From Roseibacillus sp. (GTDB lineage Bacteria; Verrucomicrobiota; Verrucomicrobiia; Verrucomicrobiales; Akkermansiaceae), in assembly GCA_051251855.1 (NCBI GenBank), contig JBPOGI010000004.1:128001-192000 (forward strand): a stretch of 64,000 nt of DNA, given 5' to 3'. A program made the position numbers and the translations under genes. Below the pieces are notes generated by a model, which had not been told where the DNA came from, did no database searches, and was given only the letters and a program-made list of their open reading frames with translations. Positions 9,864 to 20,800 of this stretch are shown piece by piece; the first letter of the stretch is position 1; every line of letters begins with the position of its first letter.

Positions 9864-11039
9864 CTACAGCCACTCTACTTCTGGCGGCATTTCCACAAAG
9901 GAACCGTTCACACAGAAGGGGTTGCCATCAAGAGTCACCTCCGAACCCTCCCCCAAACCAGCAATCAAATCCCAATGCAGAGCGCTCTTATTGGTATTGC
10001 CGGTTTCAGGATATCCAGCCCCAAAGGCGAGGTGAAACGAGCCTCCCATTTTTTCATCAAAGAGGATCTGTCCCGTCGCCCTATCAATCGCTCGGTTCGT
10101 GCCAAAGGCCACCTCTCCGATACGCCGAGCACCCTCATCCTGATCCAACATCGAAATTAAAAACTCCTCCCCCTCATCTGCGGTCACTTCCGTCGCGCGA
10201 CCATTCTCCATCACAATACGCGCATTGCAAACCGCATGCCCTTGATAGACACAGCGCTTATCAAAAACCACCACCCCATGCGCACCACCATTCTCAGCTG
10301 ATAGATTCGGTCCTGAGTAGACCTCTCCATCCGGAAAATTCTTGCGACCTGGGCTCGACAGCCAACGCATGCCAGAAACATCTACCTTTAAATCCGTCCC
10401 CGCAGCAGTTCGATAATGGAGCTCACGCCCCTGCATCAACTTCTCCGCAAGTTCGCACTGCCAACGATCCAATCGCTGCCAAAAAGCCACGGGGTCCTCT
10501 TGATTCAGCTGACAAGCCTTCACTACAAACTCGCTATAATCTCGCAAGCTCATCCCCGCATCCTGAGCATAGGCGTCCGTCGGAAAAAGAGTAGTGGTCC
10601 AAAGAAGCGGACGCAGCTCAGAATCGATACTCGGATCATCCGCCACCGCCGCCCGTTGAAAAAGAAGCTCCCGGCTCTTCATATTGGCCTTCGCAGCCCG
10701 CTGAATTCGCTTCGGATCAAATCTGTCCAGAGCCCGCAGATTCGTCGACCCTCCCAGATTAATGGTCGCATCCATTAACTCAGTCTCGGCTTGAACAAGA
10801 GGATTCACCCAATCCAACTGCTCTTCGTTCGCTAATTCATAAAAAGCCTCTCCGAGAAATTCAGGCCGACAATTCACCACAGGAAGCCCACCCGCCTCCA
10901 AAACCTTCCGATAAACTGCCTCCAACAGCGAACTCGCCGCCGGAACCGCGGTAATGCGAACCACATCACCCGGCCTCACATTTGTTGCGTGTCGAACGAG
11001 AACATCTGCCCAGCGTTCCAAGTGTAGATTGGTAATCAT
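9864..11039 (-). CDS. Aminopeptidase, M29 family (AmpS/AmpT-like)
   Basis: NFPDGEVY, GEVAFG, ILFDEKMGGSFHLAFG..YP, SALHWDL motifs. Confidence 0.9.
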   Translation of the reverse strand: MITNLHLERWADVLVRHATNVRPGDVVRITAVPAASSLLEAVYRKVLEAGGLPVVNCRPEFLGEAFYELANEEQLDWVNPLVQAETELMDATINLGGSTNLRALDRFDPKRIQRAAKANMKSRELLFQRAAVADDPSIDSELRPLLWTTTLFPTDAYAQDAGMSLRDYSEFVVKACQLNQEDPVAFWQRLDRWQCELAEKLMQGRELHYRTAAGTDLKVDVSGMRWLSSPGRKNFPDGEVYSGPNLSAENGGAHGVVVFDKRCVYQGHAVCNARIVMENGRATEVTADEGEEFLISMLDQDEGARRIGEVAFGTNRAIDRATGQILFDEKMGGSFHLAFGAGYPETGNTNKSALHWDLIAGLGEGSEVTLDGNPFCVNGSFVEMPPEVEWL

Positions 11040-11154
11040 AATAAGTGAACCCGACTCTCTCGCTGGGCTTAGGACAACTTGTTCAACCCTCAGAAACTTC
11101 CAATCTCAAAGTCAACTTTCCGCTCCATTCCCCGTCCGATTGGACAAATCCCTC

Positions 11155-12660
11155 CTACGGCTTAAAATCATCCGTCCGAAATGGATAAGCCGGAAGGCCA
11201 GCTCCATTCACCAGATTCACCTTAGGCTTACCGGCAAAACCATAGCGCACGTAGAGAGGTTTCTTAATCTCTGGCGAATCGAGGACCACGGTTTCTCCTT
11301 CCACTCGGACCACGGCGGGAACCCACTTTGCACTCTGATCTGCCAGCCAGAAACCGCTCGGAGCTTCTCCGTCCGTCGTAGCAAGGCCCTGACCGTTTTC
11401 AAATTCAACAATAAGTGAGCCGCCTTTCGCTTCCACCTTCGACTTCACCGGACCTTCTGCAACGATTTCTTTTCCCAGAGTATCGCGTGCCGCCAAGAGA
11501 GCGAGCCTCTGACCGACAGGCAACTTATCTTTTGGGTGCACGTTCTTGATATCCCCCAAGTCTACCGTGTTCGCGACCCCAGTATGCGGAAGCTCTAAAG
11601 CCTGAAGTTGAGACTCTCGAAACCAAGCCCACGAGTGCGCGGTCGGACTTTCAGGTCCTTGGTCGGGACCCTTTTTCAAACTGTTTCCGTAACCCGGTAA
11701 CATCACGATGAGAAAGTGCATCTCTTCGTTCCCCCACTCCTTGCGATAGCGCATAATCCATTTCTTCAAGACCCCTCCGTAAAGCAGCATTCCTGAGTTC
11801 CGCGAGAACCAAGGCTCCTTCACCATCCCCTCCATCGACTGGGTATTGCGCTCGCCCTGATACCAGACCAGCCCTCGACACGCGAAAGGCGCGAGTGGCT
11901 TCATCATGGCGTTGTAAAGAATGTTCGGCTGACGACGGAGAAAGACATCCTCTTGCCGACTCCACGGCTCAGCATCGAGAGCCTTCTGGATTTTTTTACG
12001 AGTTTCCGTATCGGCATCGAACTCCTCCATTATCGTTTTGAAGTGCGGCACTGTCTCCGTCATATCACGTGGCATCCAGGCCTCAATGGACGAACTCCCC
12101 CAACATGTCTGAATAATCCCAATCGGCATCTTCGCTGACTGTTCTAAAAAGAAGGCGAAGCCAAAGGCAACCGCACTCGGGGGCGGGACGACCTTCCATT
12201 CCCCTTCGCAAGTCTCCTGCTCGGCAAAGGCCACCGTATTCTGAACTTGAAAAGACCGGAGGTTCTGAGCCTTGGGGAGAAGAGACTTCAGCTCCGGAAC
12301 CGAATTGGTCGCAAACTGCATGTTCGACTGACCCGAACAAATCCAGACCTCGCCCACCACAACATCCTTGAGCGCAATCTTCTCTCGGCTCGAACTCGTC
12401 ACCGTCAAGTTTGCAGAATCAAACGAAGCCGAGAGTGGGTCTAAGTCGACCCGCCAGCGGCCATCCTCCCCCGCCTTGATGCCTTTCGCTTGCCCCGCAA
12501 AACTTACCGTCACTTCCTCACCCGGCTTTGCCCATCCCCAAACTGGCACCGCCATTTCCCGCTGAAGCACCATGTGATCCGTGAAGGGAGAAGCCAACCG
12601 TAACTCGGCAGCAAGGGGCAGAGAAAAAACAACAAGCGAGAGGGAAACGAAAGGTCTCAT
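11155..12660 (-). CDS. Sialate O-acetylesterase (SASA/SGNH family)
   Basis: Signal peptide; F.DHMVLQR, GEVWICSGQSNM, WYQGE, D...VHPKDK.PVG.RLA, NL.N..GLPA.PFRTD. Confidence 0.9.
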   Translation of the reverse strand: MRPFVSLSLVVFSLPLAAELRLASPFTDHMVLQREMAVPVWGWAKPGEEVTVSFAGQAKGIKAGEDGRWRVDLDPLSASFDSANLTVTSSSREKIALKDVVVGEVWICSGQSNMQFATNSVPELKSLLPKAQNLRSFQVQNTVAFAEQETCEGEWKVVPPPSAVAFGFAFFLEQSAKMPIGIIQTCWGSSSIEAWMPRDMTETVPHFKTIMEEFDADTETRKKIQKALDAEPWSRQEDVFLRRQPNILYNAMMKPLAPFACRGLVWYQGERNTQSMEGMVKEPWFSRNSGMLLYGGVLKKWIMRYRKEWGNEEMHFLIVMLPGYGNSLKKGPDQGPESPTAHSWAWFRESQLQALELPHTGVANTVDLGDIKNVHPKDKLPVGQRLALLAARDTLGKEIVAEGPVKSKVEAKGGSLIVEFENGQGLATTDGEAPSGFWLADQSAKWVPAVVRVEGETVVLDSPEIKKPLYVRYGFAGKPKVNLVNGAGLPAYPFRTDDFKP

Positions 12661-12724
12661 AGGGTTTGAATGGCAAGCATTCTACAAAAGCTTATCCAAA
12701 TGAAAAGCCGAGGGAACAAGAATA

Positions 12725-12866
12725 GGGAGAGCGGTCTTTTCAAGCCGACACCTGAAATTGAAGAAAGTTCGGGGTAGGCCGGCTCGCTTTCGAGTCCATC
12801 TCGAAAGCTAGATACAACGACCCCTGAAGGTCGGTTCAGCCAAGCGGCTTGAAAAACCACGCTCCC
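12725..12866. repeat. REPIN-like element: inverted pair of GGAG-type REP units with internal hairpins
   Basis: GGGAGAGCGGTCTTTTCAAGCCG ... CGGCTTGAAAAACCACGCTCCC; internal perfect 9-bp hairpin GCTTTCGAG-tccat-CTCGAAAGC (12786-12808). Confidence 0.65.
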
Positions 12867-12876
12867 AAGCCCGCTG

Positions 12877-14313
12877 CTAGATCACCCAGCCCTCAGCCAG
12901 CTCATGAAACTCTCGCACCTGCGTAACCACCCAGTCGCCATCCTGCGAAAGAGCCCCCGCCATCGCCTGACCAACCTCTTCCGCATCTTGGCGAGCACCA
13001 CGAGCATCTTCCACCAGCCCCCTTGTTCGCCGAGCAAGAACATCCTCCACTCGTCGCGCCATCTCCAAGTTCACAAAATCCTCGGTAGTCTTTGCCCCAC
13101 TGGTCTCAATACGCAGCTCTTGAGTTCCACACGCACGGTTCTCCCAGCCCTCGAACTTCGCCACTTGGTCCACCAAATCCTCGGCCATTTTTCGATAAGT
13201 GGTCCACTTTCCTCCCGCAATCGTCACCAAGCCATTCGCGCTGCGTACGATGGTGTGGTCACGCGAAATAGAGGAAGTCTTTCCCGCAGATTTCGGTGGC
13301 CGGACCAAGGGACGAAGACCCGCATAGACACTGCGCACCTCTTCCGGCTTGGGCCTCCTCCCTAAATACTTCTCCGTATGATCGAGAATAAAGGTCAGCT
13401 CATCCTCCAACGGTCGAGGCTCTAACAACTTCTCTTCCCGAGGAGTATCCGTCGTCCCTACTAGCACCACGTCCTTCCAAGGCACCGCAAACAAAACTCG
13501 ACCATCGGCGGTTTTGGGCACCATGAGGGCTGAATCACCCGGCAGAAACTCTCTGGGGAGGACGACGTGCGCTCCTTGACTCACCGTCATCATCTCCTCC
13601 TCACCTTTGCGCAGCTCATCGACAAATATCCCCGTCGCATTGACCACCGCCTTGGCAGCCACCTCCCACTCCTCGCCTGTCTCCTCATCACGCATCTGAA
13701 CTCCTACCACCTTTCCACCCTCTTCCATCAACCCCGTGCACTTCACATAATTCGCCAAGCACGCACCCTGCTGCGTCGCCGTCCAAGCCAAGTCCACCAC
13801 CAAGCGCGCGTCATCAAACTGACCATCAAAGTAACGCACTCCACCCTTCAGACCTTTGCGCTCCACCGTCGGCAAAGCCTCCACCGTCTCCTCCACACCC
13901 AACCAGCGACTGGCACCCATTCCCAGCTTCCCCGCCAGAGCATCATACACTTTCAAACCCACTCCATAAAAAGGCCCATCCACCCAACGATAAATCGGAA
14001 TCACAAACCCCAACTTACTCGCCAAGTGAGGCGCATTCTTCATCAACCGACCGCGCTCCTTCAACGCGCCACGAACCAACTTCACATCCCCCTGCTTGAG
14101 ATAGCGCACTCCACCGTGCACCAACTTCGTCGAACGCGAAGAAGTCCCTTTCCCAAAATCACTCTGCTCCACCAAACAAACCGAATAACCCCGATTCGCC
14201 GCATCCACCGCAATCCCCATCCCAGTCGCTCCCCCTCCGACCACACAAAGGTCAAAGGACTCCTCACGATTCTTCATCGCCTGCAAAGACTGGTCTCGGT
14301 TCATTCTTCCCAA
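12877..14313 (-). CDS. glpD: FAD-dependent glycerol-3-phosphate dehydrogenase/oxidase
   Basis: GGGATGMGIAVDAA, DFGKGTSSRSTKLVHGGVRYL, DGQFDDARL, GGKWTTYRKMAED, EDVLARRTR. The start may be the second Met (MNRDQ). Confidence 0.92.
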   Translation of the reverse strand: MGRMNRDQSLQAMKNREESFDLCVVGGGATGMGIAVDAANRGYSVCLVEQSDFGKGTSSRSTKLVHGGVRYLKQGDVKLVRGALKERGRLMKNAPHLASKLGFVIPIYRWVDGPFYGVGLKVYDALAGKLGMGASRWLGVEETVEALPTVERKGLKGGVRYFDGQFDDARLVVDLAWTATQQGACLANYVKCTGLMEEGGKVVGVQMRDEETGEEWEVAAKAVVNATGIFVDELRKGEEEMMTVSQGAHVVLPREFLPGDSALMVPKTADGRVLFAVPWKDVVLVGTTDTPREEKLLEPRPLEDELTFILDHTEKYLGRRPKPEEVRSVYAGLRPLVRPPKSAGKTSSISRDHTIVRSANGLVTIAGGKWTTYRKMAEDLVDQVAKFEGWENRACGTQELRIETSGAKTTEDFVNLEMARRVEDVLARRTRGLVEDARGARQDAEEVGQAMAGALSQDGDWVVTQVREFHELAEGWVI

Positions 14314-14383
14314 GACCTTCGCACGAACAAAGAAGAAAGCCCCTCAAAAAAGAGTCCTAAAACACCCTCGCTTCAAGAGCGAG

Positions 14384-16642
14384 CTACTCCGCAGCCATCT
14401 TCTTCACCATGTTCTCCTCCCCCAAGTCTTTCACCTCTCCCTCACTCACGACTTCATTCTCCTCCGAAAGCGCACTGAGAACAACCGGATGCTTGGTGCC
14501 GTTGGAGAGAGAAATCCCCCTCGCGGTGTAGTCATCGGGCGCGAACTCCTCGAAGTTTTCCTCCATCCCCTTCGGCACATCCGGATAATCCACGCTCAGA
14601 AAATCAAAACGCAGAGGATAGCCCACGATAATAGGACGCTCCAACTGTGCTCCATCATCGCTCTTCGAAGTAAACGTGATCGAATGGTTCTTCCCCTTAA
14701 TCGCGGCTAGCGGATGATCTCCAATTCCATGGGGAGCCGGCAACACCTCGATCTCAACCTTCTGCGACGAATGCGAATCCATATGGATATAAAGCAACGG
14801 CCCGTACGCGGCATTCCCCCGACAGTTTTCGATAATGCCCCGACTAGGCACTGAAAAACTCTGGACAACACAGTCTAACACCTCGCAGTTCCGAATAATC
14901 GCCCCCCTCGCCATATAGAGCTTAATCCCTCCTCGCATCTTCACCACCTTGCAGTTCTCAACCGTCATGCGTCCCGTTCCGCTGTAGGCCCGAATGCCAT
15001 CCTCAGCGCAGTTGATCATGTGATCCTTGGGAACCTTCACCCCCTCAACTTCCTCCGGCCACTGAATGCGATGGTCGTATTTCCGAGCAAGTGAGCCCTC
15101 AGCATTCTCCTTGAGAAAGTCATTACTGGGACGAAGCGTCCCTTCCACATAACAATTTTTCACCAGAATCTCATCGCCATACTGGGCAAAGATGGCATGC
15201 CCAAAGGACTCCATTTTCACCTCACAACCATCGAGCACCACCCGATCCCCGTGCACCAGAATGCCATTGTGCTTCCGCAATGGAACCACCGCCCCTCCAC
15301 CGATGCCATACATGTTGCCATAGCCATAAGGAAACGACCCTTTCACGATCATCTTGGCCCCCTCTAACCGATTGTCACTCCCCTTGATATACATCTCAAT
15401 GACGGTGACGGTCGGATAGTTCTCAGAATCCTGATTGTAGGTTCCGAAGTCGATAGCACCATCAAACTCACGGTCGTAAGTATTCACAAAAAGCCCTCCC
15501 TTCACCGTATTGTGATGTCCCGAAATAAAGTAGGAGCAGCGACTCCGACGCCGTCTCTCAGCCATCTGATCAAGCGTCTTGAGAGGCATCTCAAACGTCA
15601 CTCCCGTAAAATCTAAAGTATTGTGGGAACCCGACAACTCGAAGGCTCGTCCTCCCTCATCCAACTCTTCGACCACATAAGTCCCCGGAGCCATCACCAC
15701 ATCTTGAAAGCTCTTGCCACCCGCCTCTCTGAGTTCTTTGAGCGAATTCACGGTGACCTGAGTTCTCTCTACATCCTCTGGGTCGATTTCTTCCAAAGCA
15801 TGAACCCGGAACTTCGAGTAAATATGATGCGTCCCCACCATGCGGAACCCAAAGTAACCCTCTCGGTAAAAAGGAAACTCATAATCGTCGTAGTCGTCCG
15901 TCCCCTCGGACCGCTGCCCCCTCCGAAAACGCTCCACCGCCACCTCATCCCCAAAGGCCATTTCGTAGACGAGCTGACCATCCACAATATATTGCACCAA
16001 ATCGTCGAAGGCGACCAACTGCACCTTCATCTTCTTCCCAGGCGTGAGCATAAACTCCTTCTGCCCATCCCTTTCCTTAAGCGCGATGTGCTCTATCAAT
16101 CGCCCATCTTCCTCGCGCGGATAACGCCTCATCCGCGTCGTGGTATTCCGTCCCCCGCCACTACTGGCATAGTAGCCCAACATTTCGTTGTAAGACGGGA
16201 AGGCTCCCGTGTAGCGGCTCGAATCAAACAAGCCCTTCTCAGGGTCTTTCGGGTCACTTGCTAACCAGAAATTGTTCACATCTTTGACCTCCACCCCACG
16301 CATCCCCTCCTCTGGCTGTGGACAAACGACTTCATAAGTGATCGCCATCCGCGTCTTCAACTTCTCTTTAAACCAGACCGTACAACCACGACCTGGCAAA
16401 AAGCAGTCCAGCGTTCCCTCTCGCGCCACCACCTTCTCGTCAGGATAACCCTCACGCTCTTCCACTTGAACCACCCAACGCTCGAGATTCTCAAAATCAT
16501 CTTTTGTCACCAGAGGACCCACCTCGAATAAGTTCACCGCCCGCCCCAATACCAGCGGGCCAGCTTCCGTATCAGCTAAACTCCTGCCCATCAGAAGCAT
16601 AAAGACGGTAACGAGTGCTAGATTCGTGATAAATTTGTTCAT
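14384..16642 (-). CDS. Secreted protein: N-terminal YesU/DUF6250-like domain + C-terminal right-handed beta-helix (putative carbohydrate-active enzyme)
   Basis: Signal peptide from ATG 16642 (MNKFITNLALV). 'G.TVWFK..L', 'D.N.FWLASDP', 'GYY.S.GG..NTTTRMRRYP', 'G.FGFR' in the first half; 'GSFPYGYG..YG.G', 'FGHAIF.Q', 'EDGIRAY' beta-helix-type segments in the second. Confidence 0.7.
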   Translation of the reverse strand: MNKFITNLALVTVFMLLMGRSLADTEAGPLVLGRAVNLFEVGPLVTKDDFENLERWVVQVEEREGYPDEKVVAREGTLDCFLPGRGCTVWFKEKLKTRMAITYEVVCPQPEEGMRGVEVKDVNNFWLASDPKDPEKGLFDSSRYTGAFPSYNEMLGYYASSGGGRNTTTRMRRYPREEDGRLIEHIALKERDGQKEFMLTPGKKMKVQLVAFDDLVQYIVDGQLVYEMAFGDEVAVERFRRGQRSEGTDDYDDYEFPFYREGYFGFRMVGTHHIYSKFRVHALEEIDPEDVERTQVTVNSLKELREAGGKSFQDVVMAPGTYVVEELDEGGRAFELSGSHNTLDFTGVTFEMPLKTLDQMAERRRRSRCSYFISGHHNTVKGGLFVNTYDREFDGAIDFGTYNQDSENYPTVTVIEMYIKGSDNRLEGAKMIVKGSFPYGYGNMYGIGGGAVVPLRKHNGILVHGDRVVLDGCEVKMESFGHAIFAQYGDEILVKNCYVEGTLRPSNDFLKENAEGSLARKYDHRIQWPEEVEGVKVPKDHMINCAEDGIRAYSGTGRMTVENCKVVKMRGGIKLYMARGAIIRNCEVLDCVVQSFSVPSRGIIENCRGNAAYGPLLYIHMDSHSSQKVEIEVLPAPHGIGDHPLAAIKGKNHSITFTSKSDDGAQLERPIIVGYPLRFDFLSVDYPDVPKGMEENFEEFAPDDYTARGISLSNGTKHPVVLSALSEENEVVSEGEVKDLGEENMVKKMAAE

Positions 16643-16772
16643 GGAGCAGTGGGCACTGTTACCGAGCAATAAGCGGCGAAATTTCACTCGAATTGACTCT
16701 AAACATCAGCGGTTCACAGACTTTCATTCCGCGGCTGAGTAGCAGGCCCTTCTGCAGCGCTCAACTCTCTCC

Positions 16773-17843
16773 TCACAACCCTTCCCCCACCGTTTCATCC
16801 CGCTGATAAATGGGTAATTGGCGATGAGGAACAGTAAATGCGAGCACCATCATTGAGGTTCCATAAATCGGACCCGCAGTCTTGCTAGGCCACGAGCCAT
16901 CGGACTCCTGCTTAGCGAGATAAGTCTCATACATCCAAGGCGCGAATTCCTCCCAATAACGACCACCAATTTGGAAAAGCCCTTGGGCATTATAGTAGAT
17001 CCCATATTGTTCGAACTGCCCCCCTGGCAAATCTCGATAACTCGAAAGAACGAAGTCGGCCGCCTTCACAGTCTCAGGAGTGCCATGACGCCCGCAAAGT
17101 TCCAGACACAACAACCCCATTCCAGTGAGAGTCTTGGCGTGGTCCTTCCGGTCCGCGTAACCAAACGTTCCCGTCTCCGGATCTTGATGCCTTTGCAGAT
17201 AGGCCAGCGCATCTGCAATGGCCTTATCGGGAATAGCCGCCCCATTGAGCTTGGCCGAACGCAGCGCCATCAAGGCCCAGCCACTGCACGAAGTATCACT
17301 ATCCTTGGAGTTAGGATGATAACGCCAGCCTCCCTGATTGCGCTCATCCTTATTCACCTCTTGCGCACGAAGAATCAACGCCAGCGCCTTGGGCAATACT
17401 TTCGAAATCTTCGCCTGCCGCTCGGGGTCCACCATTCCACTCACCTCTGAGAGAAAAAGAGTCGCGATATTGTGCGCATACATCGGACCATTTCCCGCAT
17501 CCCCATTGTCAAAGACTCCCTCCCCATTCTGATGACTAACGACCCAGTCAATACAGCGATTTACATTCTCGGCATAAGGCCCCTCGGTCGCCAAATGTCC
17601 TTTCGACAGAAACGCCATCCCCGCCAAAGCCGGGATTCCCACCGAACGACCGTAGCCATGAGGAAAGGAACCGTTTTCATTCTGTTGTCGGGCCAAATAG
17701 TCGAGCGCATCATCCACTGCAGGATCCACCTTTGGTTGCCATTTCGCAAAAACCGCGTCCGCAGGGCCCTGCCCTTGACAAACGCTCGCAAACAAAGCAA
17801 CGAACACAATCAAGAAATAGGTCGTCCTAAAATTCCTCTTCAT
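16773..17843 (-). CDS. Prenyltransferase/squalene oxidase repeat (alpha/alpha-barrel) protein
   Basis: QW-like repeats 'ALDYLARQQNENGSF', 'GGWRYHP..DSDTS...WALMALRSA', 'KQESDGSW'; signal peptide; 4-nt overlap with the upstream gene. Confidence 0.85.
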   Translation of the reverse strand: MKRNFRTTYFLIVFVALFASVCQGQGPADAVFAKWQPKVDPAVDDALDYLARQQNENGSFPHGYGRSVGIPALAGMAFLSKGHLATEGPYAENVNRCIDWVVSHQNGEGVFDNGDAGNGPMYAHNIATLFLSEVSGMVDPERQAKISKVLPKALALILRAQEVNKDERNQGGWRYHPNSKDSDTSCSGWALMALRSAKLNGAAIPDKAIADALAYLQRHQDPETGTFGYADRKDHAKTLTGMGLLCLELCGRHGTPETVKAADFVLSSYRDLPGGQFEQYGIYYNAQGLFQIGGRYWEEFAPWMYETYLAKQESDGSWPSKTAGPIYGTSMMVLAFTVPHRQLPIYQRDETVGEGL

Positions 17844-20800
17844 TGCTCACTCATGGTTTGAAAGTAGTCCTTCACGAGCCCCTGATAGTCATCAGGAACA
17901 TCAATCCCGCCTTGTCCTCCGACATCCTTTTGCAAAGACGCCTTAATCTTCGCCCAATCATCAACACTAATTCCTAGCTTAGCCAGCTCAGGGGGAACTC
18001 CTTGATCGGCTTCCGCTATCTGCATCTCGGCTGACTCTGGCGCCTCTTCTCCTGGCGGACCTGGCTGGGGTTGCTGAGATTCCCCAGGTGGCGAAGGCTT
18101 GGGCTGCCCCTGCTGACCCTGCATCTGTTGCCGACTCGCTTGGGCAGCTTGGGCCAAGGCATCTGCCGCCTGCCGTGCTTGCTGAGCGGCTTCGGCAGCA
18201 GACTCCGTCCGCGCGGCACTCTCCGAAGATTGAAAGCCCTCGGCCATCTGCGCTGCCGAAGTGGGCGCCTGATGCTGCGGCGTTTGTCTTTGCGAAGCCT
18301 CGGCCGCCTTTTGCTGCAATTGCTCCGCAGCCTTGCCCAGTGATTGCGCCGCCTTTTGAAAAGAGTCGTCTGCTTGACCGTGTTGTTGCGAAGACTGCTC
18401 CAACCTTCCTTTCGTCGATTCTTCACTGGCTCGCTGCGCTTGCTGTTGTCCTCGCTGCGCCTCCTGCCCTGCCTGATTCAAAGAGGATCCCTGCAATTGG
18501 GGGATATCCCGAATCTCGCTCGCCAAATCCTCGGCATCACCTTGGGCCATCGCTTGCAATTCCGCCAAGGCTTCACCCAAGTCACCTTTTGCCAACGCCT
18601 CAGCCGCTTGCGAAACTTGCTCTTGGCGCTCGGCAAGGTCCGACAAATCCTCGGCGGCCATCTTCGATTCAGGATCGCCTCCCTGGGCGACTTCCTCCGC
18701 CTGCTCACTCGCCGTTTGAAGCGCTTCCGCGGCCTCTTGAGATTCCTTCGAAATCTCCCCAGGCTCGGATTGAGAAAACGCTTCTTTCGCCTCCTGAGCC
18801 TGCGCCGCCGCTTCAGGCAAGGCATTGGCAAGGGGGCTTCCTTCTGAGCGCGCCTTCGCCAACTGTTCACGAGCTTCTTGAGCAATCGCCGCTTGTTCAG
18901 ATTCTAACATCGCCGCCACCTCGGCCTGTAAACTTTCGTTCTCACTCGAAGACTCCTCTTGAGAGGATGCCTCGGCCTGTTGGGGAGAGGACTCTTCTCC
19001 CTTGGCGATGGCCTCCGCTTGCGCCAAGTGCTGAGAAGACTCTTCGGTGTCCCCCTTTTCCAAAGCCGCCATCGCTTTCGCTAATTGCTCTTGGCGCTCC
19101 GCAAAAGATTCCGCCTGCTCCTTCCCGGCTTCGCTTGAGGACTCCACTGCCTCTTTCAATTTCTCAGCGGCCTCTTGGCTCGATTTGGCCGCTTGTTCGT
19201 CCTGCTTTTGAGTGACTTCTTTCGCTGCTTGATAAGCTTTCTTCTGCCCCTCCTTTGACTGCCTCTTGGCCTCAGAGCTTTGTTCGGGATCCTTCCCTTT
19301 TTGAGAAATCTCATTGGCCAGCTCCGTCTGCGCTTGCCGCAAGGCCGCCCGCAATTCCTCTTCCCCATCCTTGGCAGATACTAAACCACTCTCGGCAAGC
19401 TCTTGAGCCATCTCCGCGAGCTTGGCTTGCGATTCGGCGGCTTCTTGCGACTCCTTTGCCAAATCACGAGCTTGCTCCGCCTGCTGTTGAAAAACCTCCG
19501 CCATCGCCTCAGGACGTTGATACATTTGCTTCTTCACCTCTTGCGCCATCGCCTTTTGTTCGCGCTGCCACTGTTCGCTTGGGCTCTCGCCGCTCTCACT
19601 CTCCATCGCCTTCTTCTCAGCCTGCCTCGCGAGGTCGCTTTGCTTCTGAGCCAAATCCTCCAGCCGCGCCAAGTCCTCAATCTTGGAGCGGTCTTGATGA
19701 ATCTCGTTACGCAATTTCTCTAAAGTCTGAATGGCTTCCTGCGAATGAGAGAGCGCATTCTCTAGCTCTTTGACGCGCTCTTCCTTCGTATCTAACAAGG
19801 GCACTTTTTCAAATTTCTCCAAGGCCTCTGCCAAGTCTTGCTTCGCCTCATCAACCTGAGGGGCCTTGGCGGCATGAATCCCTTGCTCCATCCGCTCATT
19901 CAACTCGGAAAGCTTCTTCTGTGCCTCAGCGAGCTTCTCCTGTGCTTGCTGAATCGCCTTCTGTGACTGCTCATTCTGATGATTATCCACCAGAGCGCCC
20001 CAACTTTGCCGCATCTTCTTGTCCGCCTCGCGCACTTCACGAATCGCTTTTTCTATCGAAGACCGGGCATCATCATGTTGCGCTCTGAGCTCCTGTTGCG
20101 CCAGCGACTGGGCTCCCTTTTGCGCTCGAATGATCAGCCACCCGGAATACCCTTTCCCCGGCCCACCCAACTCAGCAGGAACCTTATCCTCGGCCCGAAT
20201 GCGAACATGAAGCTCCCGCGCTCCATCGAGCTGCTCCATCAAGTCGGCGACAACGAAACGCGTAACACCTGAAAATCGCCGAGGCTGAGCCCGACCCACC
20301 TCGTCGGGAAGGTCCTGCGGAATCGAGAGGCTACCACTCTTCCCAGCCTCCACCTCCAAGACTACTTCTCCCAATCCAAAATCTTCGCGCACCTCATAAT
20401 CCAGCTGAAGTTCTTCCTCGGGGCGCACCTTGATTTCATCTTCTGTGGGGTTCAAACGCGTGACCACAGGCGCAAGGTCAGGCGTGGCCCGCACTTGAAA
20501 GCGAGTCAGTTCAGCAGAGCCGCCCAAGCGGTGAGAGGCCTCTACAGCCACCTCGCCTTCCATTTCTGATAACAACTCAAATCCACCTACAAATCGCGCC
20601 TCTTTCGCAGAAGCTTCCAGTTCCATCGCCACTCGTTGTCCGTCCGGCAGTGCCAAGGTCGCCTTCTCGACGGCAGTATTGAGAAGCCCTGCTAAGCCCA
20701 CCTGAGTTCCTACCACCGCTTGCACAGACTCACCGAGGAGGTCACGCTCCGTTGGCAGGCCCGTGTAGTCCGGATACTTTTTCTCGACCATCACTTCGAG

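Noticed and set aside
12877..13130. GlpD C-terminal domain looks shorter than typical (possible pseudogene)
   Set aside because: The frame is intact and all FAD/substrate motifs and the EDVLARRTR motif are retained; most likely a natural short variant.
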